Part shown: piece after piece, positions 47,695-58,469 of the stretch
Layout of the letters: the number at the start of each line of letters is the position of its first letter
Position numbering within the stretch: the first letter of the stretch is position 1
Assembly: GCA_043228905.1 (NCBI GenBank)
Contig: JBHGNT010000001.1
Span: 20,150,001-20,214,000, forward strand
Source: Azolla caroliniana
Taxonomy: Eukaryota; Plantae; Polypodiophyta
DNA length: 64,000 nucleotides
Direction of reading: 5' to 3'
Made by a program: the position numbers and the translations under genes
Notes under the pieces: model-generated
Database searches by the model: none
Told to the model about the DNA's origin: nothing
Seen by the model: the letters and a program-made list of their open reading frames with translations, nothing else

Positions 47695-50600
47695 TAGTCT
47701 GATCCGCTTCCGACATGCATCCAGCTTGTCGGGTATTAGTACTTTGGTCAGCATATCTGACCCGTTCTCGGTCGTGTGGATCTTCGTCAGCGCGAGCTTT
47801 CGATCTTCTACTCGCTCCCGGATCTAGTGATACCTACGTTGGATGTGATTCATCCTGGAATGGTAAACTACGTTCTTAGCAAGGTGGATGACACTTTGAC
47901 TATCGCAATAGAACCGGTATTCATCTTGCTGGATACCGAGATGTCCGATGATGTCCTTCATCCACAATATTTCCTTGCCGGCTTCCACAGCCACCATGTA
48001 CTCCGCCTCCGTGGTTGACAACGCAACCGTCTTCTGCAGTCTCGACTGCCACGAAACAGATCCCCCTGCATAGGTCAATACATATCCGGATGTAGACCAG
48101 CTGGTATCCACATCAGCCGAAATGTCCGAATCAGTAAAACCGTCAAGTTGAGGTTTACTGGAGCCGAATCAGAGAAACATATTCGAAGTGCCCTTCAAGT
48201 ACCGGAGTATCCATTTGACCGCGTTCCAGTGCTCCTTGCCGGGATTGCTCATAAACCGGCTCACCACTCCGACTGCGTATCCAATATCCGGTCGAGTACA
48301 CACCATTGCGTACATTACGCTCCCGACGGCAGAGGCATATCAAACCTTCACCATATCCACCTTCTCTGCTTTCGTCTTCGGGCTTTGCTTACCGGATAGT
48401 CTACAGTTTGTCGGGAGTGTCGATCCGACCGATTTTGCTTCTAACATGTTGAACCGCTGAAGCACCTTTGTCACGTATTTCTCCTGTGACAACCACAATT
48501 GCTTCTTCGACCGGTCCTGGATGATGTGCATCCCCAAGTCTTTCATTTCGAAGGTTCGATTGAGAGCCTTCTTCAACGTCCGTATTTTGGCTTGGTCTCG
48601 TCCGACGATGAACATGTCGTCCACGTACAGAAGGAGTATCAGGAAGTCGCCTCCTTTGAACTTCTTCACAAACATGCAATGATCGGTTTACATTTTGTGA
48701 TACCCTTGGTCGGTCATGAAGGAGTCGAACTTTCGGTACCATTGTCGGGGAGCCTGCTTAAGTCCGTACAGGATCTTCTTCAACCGGCAAACCAGGTGCT
48801 CCTTCCCTTTCTCCACGAATCCTTCCGGTTGCTGCATGTAGATCTCCTCTTCGAGGTCACCGTGAAGGAATGTCGTCTTCACGTCCAGCTGCTCTACCTC
48901 GAGGTTCATGCTTGCCGCTATACTCAGCACCGTTCGGATGGAAGTCATCTTTACTACCGGGGCAAATATCTCGTCGAAGTCCACACCGTTCGGATGGAAC
49001 CCCTTCACCACGATCCTGGCTTTGTATCACGGTGGTTTGCCGGCATCTCCCGGTTTCAACTTGTACACCCACTTATTTCGGAGTGCCCGCTTTTCTTTCG
49101 GCAACTACACCAATTCGTATGTATGGTTCTCATGCAGGGAATCCATCTCATCCTGCATGGCACTTAACCATTTGCGGTTGTGGGTGTCATCCTTCGCTTC
49201 TTCGAAGCTTTCCGGCTCTCCCTCATCGGTCAGTAGCACATGCTCTGCATCCAGAAATCTTCCGGGGCCCTTCTCTCTCTGAGAGGATATCTCTGTCTTT
49301 GGCCTTTGGCAACCAGATCCACTATTTTTTCTTCATCCGAATCCGATTCGGGGTCTTGGCCAGTTCCGATTTCAGGTTCCTCTACTTCTTCTTCTGTCGG
49401 TTCGGTATCCTCACCGTAACCGGCTGGTTCCTCGAGTGTCAACCGGCTCTTAGCCGGGTGGGTCCGAATCTCATGGAAGTTCATTATCTTCTTCACGGAC
49501 TCCCAATCGGAAAGAGTCTTGTCCTCCATGAAGATAATATCTCCGCTCCGGAAACCCTTCTTGTCAACCGGATCCCACACTCGGTAGCCGAACTCATCGT
49601 CGCCGTATCGGAGGAATATGCATGGCCGGGTCTTTGGATCCAACTTTCCTCTCCAGTCCTTTGCAACATGCACGTACGCGAGACACTCGAACACCTTCAG
49701 ATACCGGTAGGACACTTCCTTACCGGTCCACACCTTCCCCAACGTGTCTCCATCCAAGGGCACTAAGGGTGATCTGTTTATCACATACGTCGTTGTCGAC
49801 AACGCCTCACCCCAAAACGTCTTGGGTAGCTTAGCATGTGCTAACATACTCTGAACCCTCTCCATTATGGTCCGGTTCATCCTCTCGGCTAGCCCGTTTA
49901 GTTCCGGCATCTTTGGCACGGTAAATTCGAGCCGGATTCCCTTCAAGTGGCAGTACTCCTCAAACTGCCCCCGGTATTCACCTCCGTTATCTGCGCGAAC
50001 CGCTTTCACCGTCCGGCCGAATTCTCTTTCCACTCTTGCGTGGAGCTCCTTGAAGACGGATAACACCTGATCCTTCGTGTTCAACGGTGTGGCCCACAAC
50101 CTCCTGCTATGGTCATCTATGAACGTCACGAAGTACTGCGATCCTGCATGTGACTTCGTGTCCACTTGACACACATCAGTATGCACCAACTCCAGTGGTG
50201 CATTACGTCTCATCGGTGTCCTCGATCGGAAGGAGGTCCGGTTTTTCTTACCGGCTAGGCAGTCGGTGCACCTCTCAAGATGCACGTTCTTCACCAGAAT
50301 GAGGTTGTCATCGGCAAGCCTCTTCGTCCCCTTCACGCTCATGTGACACAGTCTCTTGTATCACAGCTCACTGGCAGTGTCGGAACCCACCTTCACTTCT
50401 TCCTGGCATAATCGGGCATTCATTAGGTACAACGTGTTAACTTTCCGGGCCCGAGCCACAATCATGCTCCCTTTGCCGAACTTCATAACACCGTTGCGGA
50501 TGCTACCCATGTAGCCTTCATCATCTAGCCGACCGCCTGATATCAGGTTCAGTCGAACCTCCGCAACGTGTCAGACATCCTTCAACAGCAGCTTGCATCC

Positions 50601-51656
50601 AGTTGGTGTTGTCAACCACACGTCTCCTATGCCGAAAATTCGGCATGTACCTTCATTCCCCATCCGGACACAGTCGTGATCACCGACTGAGTAGGATGAG
50701 AAGCATTTCCGGTCCGGGGTAAGGTGGAACGACGCTCCGGAATCGACAACCCATGTTTTCTCGTCGCCGGCAAGGTTCAACTCACTCTCCTCGGTGATGA
50801 GCATCAACTCTTCTTCACTTGCCGCGATTGCCGTCATTCCCTTCCAGTCCGGCCCCCTCTAGTCTTTACCATTCCGCTCCAGTGTCCGCTTCGAATCGGT
50901 ACCGTCTGTTTCCTTGTCTTTTCAGAAGTGCGGACAATTCTTCTGGAAGTGTCCCGGCTTGCCGCAATAGAAGTAAGTAGGCCTCCCCTTTGACTTTGAC
51001 CGTGTCCCCGACTTTTCCCGGTTCTGGGGACTACGGTTCCTTTGCCTTCTACGTTCCAATTCGGTAAGGAGCGTTTTTAAGTCGGAGCTCGTATCCTTAT
51101 CTCTCCGACGCGCCTCCTCATCTAGCAAGCTCGACTTCATTCTTGCTAGGGATAATCGTTTCCCTTCCGGCCCGGCGTTGCCCAAAGTTACGTCCAACGT
51201 CTCCCAGCTATCTGGGAGGGAACCGAGCAGGAGTAGTGCTAGTACCTCATCGGCGAGAGGTACTTCTAATGATGTTTCCTGGTGTATCAGCCCCTAGAAG
51301 GCATTCATGTGCTCCGCCATGCTGGAGCCATCTTGGTACCGGAGTCTTACTAGCTTCCGAAATACCGAAACTTGATTAACAACATTTTTGTTCTGAAACA
51401 TAATGCCGATCTTCTCCTAGAGCTCATGAGCCTTGCTCTCTTCATTGAAGTTGTTGTATAGACTCATGTCAATGAAGCACCGTATGTATGCCGTTATCTT
51501 CATGTGTATCACCTCCCATATCGTGGCATCGATTTTGTCCCCGAACTGAACCGGCAGCCAAAGATTTTTAACCATGAGCATGTCCCTCATCTTCGACTTC
51601 CACACTGAATAGTTTGAGCCGGTGAGCTTGAACATGCCTCCCAACGAATCGTTCAT
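47695..51656 (-). pseudogene. gag-pol: E2 gag-pol with stops and frameshifts
   Basis: KLTGSNYSVWKSKMRD, WVVDSGASFH, LELVHTDVC, RADNGGEY, QLDVKTTFLHG, LLYVDDM, SWQSRLQKTVALSTTEAEY. Confidence 0.93.
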
Positions 51657-51820
51657 TTGTCTGTGTCGTTTCGCTTTGATACCAGTTTGACGGGAATACG
51701 ATTTCCTAAGCTATGCTTGGCCACAACTGAGACGTCGGATCAAGCACTGAAAACAGGGATGTGGTTGAGATGTATCTACAAACGAAACAGTAAAGAAGAG
51801 AGTGCATTGGATGTTAACGT

Positions 51821-52468
51821 TGTCGTGAAGAAAACCGTCCCCTGGCGCAATCGGTGAATAGCGCACATGAACCGGCCCTTCACGTGTGCGCACTCTTAAT
51901 GTATATAATAGAGAATTAGGTACAGAGAGAGATCCGGGGTAGTTAGATTCGGTAGGTAGGAAGTAAATGAGGGAGACGGCTCCCTTCTTGACGCTATAAA
52001 GGAGAGGGAGACGCAGGGAGAAGAGATAGCGCATTGAGGAGGACGAAGTGATGTCGGACCGGAACCGAACGCTTCTCCTCTGTCTGTTCTCTATTGCTCT
52101 TCTCTGCAGGTCTCGGGAGGCTCGCGCTGCTTCGAGGAACGCCCGTGTGCTTCCGGCAGCACCTCCATCCTATTCCCATTTCGTGCGTAGACGAACAGGC
52201 ATCGGCATCTGTCCGTCGGCATGTTCGGTTGTAGCCGCTCGCGTGTTCTGATGTGCACTCGTTATTCGTTAATATACAAACACTTGTTTCTTCCTGTCTC
52301 TGTGTCCATTCGCGTCTTCTGTGTTGACGGGCCACGCCCCTGTGTTTCTTTGCTCATACGTGACCGGGCGTCTCTCTCCTTCTCTTTCCCCTTCTATCAC
52401 CTGCTCTTCGGTTCAAGACCCCGGTGGTCCCACCTTGTTTCTCCACGCACGTGCGTAATAACGCGACA
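51821..52468 (+). mobile_element. Family D solo LTR inside the E2 5' LTR
   Basis: Reverse-complement homolog of 42018-42667; TSD ACGT (51817-51820, 52469-52472); empty site near 47150. Confidence 0.94.
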
Positions 52469-52873
52469 ACGTGGAAAACCCAAATCTGGGAAAAACCACG
52501 GCAGTCCTCAGACTGCAAAATATCACTATATCAAGATTACAACAATGGAGCACAGAGGTAACGACCTCTTGCTCCCTCGCTTCGCCACCAGGCGGTTACA
52601 ACAGAGGCAACAACTTCTTCCTCTCTCTCTCTCTCTTCTCTGTACGCAGTTACGCTCTGAATTATCGCCACAACGATAATAACACAACCAACTCTACATC
52701 ATTACTATTAGGTTTGCCCTAGGTCATATTTATACTAATATGACTTTCGGGCTATTTACAAATATAGCCCCAGTGGGCTCTGTGGAACATATTTACATAT
52801 ATGTCCCTTCCATCCGATGAGAGGTTCTCACCGGGCCTGCAACATCCGGTTCTCACTGGGTCTTCCTTACCGG

Positions 52874-53844
52874 TGTCGTGAAGATCCGTCACTACGCGCG
52901 GATCGTGAGGCGGAACCGTCGGGGTTCTGGACCAGAAGGATTTAGAGTCGATACAAGCTTTGGCGAGAAAGTACGTAAGATAGATTGGGAAAGAGAGAAG
53001 TTGAGATTACACGATTGATTTCAAAACGAATTTCTTCCTCTTAATTTTCATAAAAAAAAATCGTCCTTTTTCTCCTCCCCCTTCCCTCTTTTATAGATGC
53101 TCTCATGCATATGATGCATGTGAGGGTATAAGACATGCATAAATTGCATGTTTGCCATTTGGCGCTTAAGTATTACATGTGGTGCATGCTAACCATGTCA
53201 CTCATTTTAGCTCTCATGTATGAGAATTTACATGTAAAAGTACAATGATAGAAATATAATTTCAACTAAATACCATGGCTTAATGGTAAGCCATTTGACT
53301 CCTAACTTGGAGGTGCAAGGTTCGAATCTATAGTTGCCCTCCTTGTATATGTATATATATTTATATATTTATTTTATCGTCGGATACCGTTGCCGGATGC
53401 CGCCGCCGGATACCGGTGCCGCATGCCGCCGCCGGATGCGGTCGGATCACCGGCTCCATCGCCGGTCTGGTTTTGGTTGGCCAAAACCCTTTTCGAGTAG
53501 CTAGCCACCTCCACTCTAAGTTCAAGTTACCTTGAACTCTCTATGCTCCACACATAGACACAAAGATAATATCTTTTGCTCCACCTTATATATGATGAGA
53601 GCCGTATTTGTCGTGCCTATGTGGGATATCTCACAATTTTCTCTTTTCTTTTCACAAACTTTATACCCTCATATCTTGACATTTAGTTGTCTATTTCTCG
53701 TGTAATAAAGTGCATTCGAAACCTCCATCATTTTGTACTTAGATATTAAAAATGTTATCTTCACAATTATTGTATTACGTGTTTCATACTCGATTTTGTA
53801 CGTTTTATGGGATTTTCACACTATTGCCGAAAATCTTCACGACA
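52874..53844 (-). mobile_element. 971-bp non-coding insertion with family-D-like termini (solo LTR of a relative, or MITE-like)
   Basis: 12-bp inverted termini TGTCGTGAAGAT/ATCTTCACGACA; TSD CCGG (52870-52873, 53845-53848); minus-strand TATA near 53090. Confidence 0.85.
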
Positions 53845-54415
53845 CCGGGTACTCCACATCCGTTGCCGAGTTGCTCATCAACAATGTTCTTCTCACTTCC
53901 CATCCGGAGGGACCTATTTCCTAATAGTACGTTGGACTTGCCTCTCTCCACTTCCGGGGGTGTATTAGTTTCCGCCGGTACTCCTTGTTTGTCCTGGTTA
54001 TGCCGGAGTCGCCTGTTATTGCGGGGTTCTTGACGGTATTCTTGTCGTGGCTCTTGGTGACGGTCGTCCTCTGAACTTTCGTCATAACGAAATTGGTCCT
54101 TATGCGGTCGATTGTGTCCATTTGGACGACTCCAATTGAATCATCGACAATTGTTTGTAGGTTGTCGATTGTCGTAACGATGCCCCCGCGATTGTATCGG
54201 TTGGTACTCTGATTATCTTCCTCTTCGTGATCTTCTTCATCAGAGTACGAATCGGTGTTGCGGTTTTTATGATACTGGCGCTCCATGCACTGATTCCGGT
54301 CTGTATACCGGGGATGTTCCTCCTACCATTCTGAATCATACCTTCGAGATTGTTGTTGTGGCTCCATATGCCGTACTACAGGTGTGGGCCTATTGAGCAT
54401 ATTGTACTTGCATTG

Positions 54416-54433
54416 GTCCCATCGGGCGTGCCA
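54416..54433 (-). promoter_or_regulatory. PBS complementary to tRNA-Arg
   Basis: Minus strand TGGCACGCCCGATGGGAC, 4 nt after ...CAACAACA; near-perfect complement of the recalled plant tRNA-Arg(UCU) 3' end GTCCCACCGGGYGTGCCA. Confidence 0.85.
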
Positions 54434-54437
54434 AAAG

Positions 54438-54779
54438 TGTTGTTGGGGTGGGCGGTGAAGCCTAGAATGGTTTCACCCACCTCCCAAGGGGGTTAAATTA
54501 GAGAGAGAGCAAGAGAGAAAGACAAATAGGAAATGACGCCAAATGAGAAGGGAGAAAATTATTCCTTATGTGTCCCCATAAGGGGTTCTTATAGTACATA
54601 ATGTAACAGTAAATAATATGTTCGTTACAAAATGAGACTGTTAAATTCTTGTCACATGCACATAATTGTGCATGTGCTTACACATACTCATCCTCACACT
54701 CATATACATTACACATAATGAACAACCCCTTTAATGTGTTTTACCCTTATACCACCCCATACAACTCCTACGGGTAACA
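54438..54779 (-). repeat. 5' LTR preceding the Arg PBS (342 bp)
   Basis: Minus strand TGTTACCCGTAGGAG...CCCCAACAACA; copia C RNase H (KVPTADNV) resumes at 54780. Confidence 0.8.
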
Positions 54780-55101
54780 AGAAGGTACCTACAGCCGACA
54801 ATGTTACGAATGAAATGACCAACTATCTCCCGGTGGATCAATTTCGATCCCTTCGGCATCGAATGGGCGTAATGAAGAATCGATCTGATTAAATCGGACA
54901 GTCAGAACATTTCACAAACAATAGACCTAGACAGTTCGAACTTCGACTTCAGTCTCTCCGAACTTGACCAATCCGGTCTTCTGCTCTTCGGAGCTCACCG
55001 ACTCGAACGAATTTTCAATTGTTCGTAAACCTTGTATCAAACTGTATTGTATATTCATTTCGGTCTACAGATTTCCGATGTATACGCCCATTACGGGGGA
55101 G

Positions 55102-55425
55102 TGTTGAATACGGGCTTCTTATGGACGTATTCACATTATCTCCTTTTGTACACACGAGGCTTAGGTTATTTATGTAAATAGTGAGAAGGGTAGTTGCCCT
55201 AAACCAGTCAGTATATAAACTGACTTTGTAACCTAGTTAGGTGGGGGTCATGTTAAGTTGTAATACACTCTTGACATGGTGCCTAAGTGTCTCTCTCTCT
55301 CTTGCATACTAGTAGGTTTCTTTTCTGTCTTCGCTGCCATCAAAGTTATAAACTTGCATCCATTTACGATCTTATCCTAGAAGAATGTTGATCTTGTTCC
55401 GCATTAGATGATGGTGTACCCAACA
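55102..55425 (+). repeat. 3' LTR of copia C
   Basis: Direct repeat of 13497-13818, preceded by PPT ACGGGGGAG. Confidence 0.95.
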
Positions 55426-55430
55426 AGGAG

Positions 55431-57335
55431 TGAAGAAAAAGAAGAAAGTTTAAGAGAGGCCCATTGTGGCGTTGCCGGAGGCCACTATGCTGGAGACGTC
55501 ACCGCTCGGAAAATGTAGAGAAGTGGGCTATGGTGGCCAACAACCCTGAAGGACTCGATCCGGTATTGTAAAGAATGTGATCTATGCCAAGGGATGGGTC
55601 AACCCACAAAACAAGCACAGATGCCCCCATCAACCTGTATTGCCCCTCAACCTTTTCAGAAATGGGGATTGGACTTCGTGGGGCCATTCAAGCCTTCGGC
55701 GATGCGAACGGCAAACCAGTACGTTATCGTGGCGACGAACTACTACACAAAATGGGTGGAAGCTAAAGCGCTTAGGGATAACACGTCGGCATCGACGACA
55801 AAAATTTTATATGAGTACATATGGTGCCGGTACGGTTGCCCGATCTAGCTCGTTAGCACCTAAGGCGGTCACTTCCTAGGGCAAGTCGTGGAATGCCTGA
55901 TGTCGTTCTACACGGTAGTGCATAAACGCAGCACACCTTACTATCTGCAAGGGAACGGATTGCCTGAGTCCACAAATAAAATGCGGCAAAATATTCTCCG
56001 GAAGATCGTCAATGAGAATCATACGAACTGGGACACAAAACTACAGAGCTTGTTATGGGCATTATACCGAACGGCTTACAAAACAAGCAAGAATTCGAAT
56101 TAGAAATATTCCACCGACCGAGAGTACACCACGCGGTCGCAGACTACTTGAGTAGTGTTCTAGAGTCTACACTTTTTTTTAATACAGGATACACTCTATC
56201 ACAAGGGAGCAGATGGAATCTGGCGGCATGTGGTAAGGAGTGACAAAAAGGAAGCAATTTTAAGAGAGGCCCATTGTGGCATTGTCGGAGGCCACTATGC
56301 TAGAGATGTCACCGCCCGGAAAATTTGGGGAAGTGGACTATGGTGGCCGAAAACCCTGAAGGACTCTCCGGTTTTGTAAAGAATGTGATCTATGCCGAGG
56401 GATGCATCAACCCACGGAACAAGCATGGATGCCCCATCAACCCGTATTGCCCCTTGAACCAATTTTTCAAAAATGGGGATTGTACTTTGTGGGGCCATTC
56501 AAGCCTTGGGCGATGCGAACGGGAAACCGGTACATTATCGTGGAGACTAACTACTGCACAAAATGGGTGGAATCTATAGCGCTTAGGGATAACACCTTGG
56601 CATCGAAGATGAAATTTTTGTATGAGTACATATGGTGCCGGTACGGGTGCCCGATCGAACTCATTAGCAACTAAGGTGGTCACTTCCTGGGGCAAGTTGA
56701 GGAAAGCCTGACGTCGTTCTATGCGGTAGTGCATAAACGCAACACACCGTACTATCCGCAAGCAAATGGATTGGCGGAGTCCACAAACAAAACGCTACAA
56801 ATATTCTCCGGAAGATCGTCCATGAGAATTGTACAGACTAGGACACGAAACTACACAACGTGTTATGGGCATACCAAATGGCTTACAAAACAAGCATCCA
56901 GACGACACTGTTCCGATTGTCTTTCGGATTAGAGGCACTCATGCTTATGGAATTTCAAATTCCTAGCTTGCAGATACAAGTCTAGGAATGGTTAAGCAAG
57001 AAGGAATCGGAAACGATCCGGTTGGCAACGCTATGCGAACTAGAAGAACACCAAATAGCCAGTGTGTTGCAGTTAGAACTCGAACAACGCAGGAGGAAAG
57101 CCTTTGTGGACCGGCACAAACGGGGAAACGAGAAGGAATTCGGCATTGGGAAGTAGGTGCTTGTTTTCCATACCAAAATGGGTAAGATGTCGGGGAAGCT
57201 GCGGTTCTGGTGGACCAAACCGTTTTGGATTACTAGGGAGTTCAAGGGATCGTACCAACTAGGTACGCTACCCGCGAAGTGTTGGACAAGTGGGTGATTG
57301 GTTTCTAGTTAAAACCCTGCCAAGGACCAATGTAG
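55431..57335 (+). pseudogene. pol: Family A integrase with an internal tandem duplication (second unit from ~56090)
   Basis: AHCGVAGGHY...[24 protein letters not shown] each appear twice. Confidence 0.9.
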
Positions 57336-57609
57336 AAGGATCCGTCCAACAACCGAAGACTGGCACGGGACCTGCGCCAACAATGGAGTTGGTACCTTCG
57401 GGTACGACGGGCTAGTAGTCTTTTAATGATAAAGAAAAAAGAAGCATTTAAAGCATCAAGGATACGATTTGATATTATGAACGGCTACCATGAAAAGATG
57501 TGACATCAGCCATTTAAAACATACCACGCGGCGTACTCATATAATCCTACACGACGTGCATGCACGGGAATCAAGAAAAGGTGGCTGGAACAATGGGGAT
57601 ACAAAATGA

Positions 57610-58465
57610 CTAGATCACCGAAAACTTGTCATTTCGCGAAAGACGGCTTTTGAGAGCGGAGCAGAGCACACAAATTTCTGGAAAACAACAAGCAAGAAAC
57701 CAACCCCAAGCACATAACCACAACAGTGCAAGCGAAGAAGAAGACACAGGACCGATGGCACTCTCGACCGCGACAAGGGACTGGCTCATCAAGCACGGAT
57801 GGGAAGGTTTCCTCTAAGTGGCGGAGGCGCCACCACACGAAGAACCAGAGAAGGTCGCTGCCATCATAGACCTTGAAGAAATATCTGAATGTACTGTGCA
57901 GGCCCTCGTAGGATTGCCTATCGGAGGACTGTACTTCATAGAAAACCCCTCCACAGAGGTCCTGACAGAATACTTTGGGGAGTATAACCTCGCCAGCAAA
58001 GTGTACTACACACAGGGTGGCGAGAACCCCTTGTTTAGGGAGGTGGCTCGTGTTTTCGTTAGAATATGGTTTTATGCACCCTCGCCCACTAGCCATGCCA
58101 AAGAATAGAACCGGTTTTATCATTGCCACATTCGAAGGCATCAAAGTAGACTGGACGTATGCATGAAGAGCAGACATCCAAGCAGTCGTAGATGGTAAGA
58201 AGGCCTGGTGTGGGTTAACACACTGGCTAACCCAATTAGTACCCCCAACACACACCATAAAGCAGAAGAAACAGACCCAACCGGAAACCACACAGAATAA
58301 AGCATTCAAACGGCAGCAGCTCTTGTCAAAGCACAACCCCAGATGGACAGATGGGGAAGCATGTCAACTGGAAGAAACATAGAGGACCCGGAGACAGGAG
58401 GCGGTGGAGCCCGCTTCGGAAAAAATGGCCAAAACAATTAAAATCAAGCTACGCCGATAGGACAA
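57610..58465 (+). pseudogene. Family A extra 3' ORF, N-terminal part
   Basis: TRDWLIKHGWEGFL...PPH...EYFGEYN...IIATFEGIKVDW. Confidence 0.75.
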
Positions 58466-58469
58466 GGAC

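Larger units (their letters stand above)
47025..53926 (-). mobile_element. Ty1/copia family E, full-length degenerate copy E2
   Basis: TSD GTACG (47020-47024, 53927-53931); 3' LTR 47025-47660; 5' LTR 51688-53926 split by two insertions; PBS 51673-51684; PPT 47661-47675. Confidence 0.95.
34290..54779 (-). mobile_element. Family A gypsy on the minus strand (copy 2), interrupted by D2, a D solo LTR and copia E2
   Basis: Reading frames rejoin across each insertion: INT 36766-36998/42672-43600, RH-RT 43650-45050/45683-46000, PR IIDGGSNVN ~46510, CCHC across 47024/53932; PBS 54416-54433; LTR 54438-54779. No TSD found. Confidence 0.85.
13497..55425 (+). mobile_element. Ty1/copia family C element containing ~37 kb of nested insertions and duplicated sequence
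   Basis: Matching LTRs 13497-13818 and 55102-55425, TSD AGGAG on both sides (13492-13496, 55426-55430), PBS 13821, PPT before 55102; empty-site paralog near 56235. Confidence 0.95.

Noticed and set aside
53270-53340. Functional tRNA gene (also 12675-12750 and 61610-61680)
   Set aside because: A/B boxes are present but no complete cloverleaf could be drawn; kept only as tRNA-like modules.
34290-54779. DIRS-like element with inverted terminal repeats
   Set aside because: It encodes a DDE integrase and protease and no tyrosine recombinase; only the 17-18 nt PBS-like motifs are inverted.
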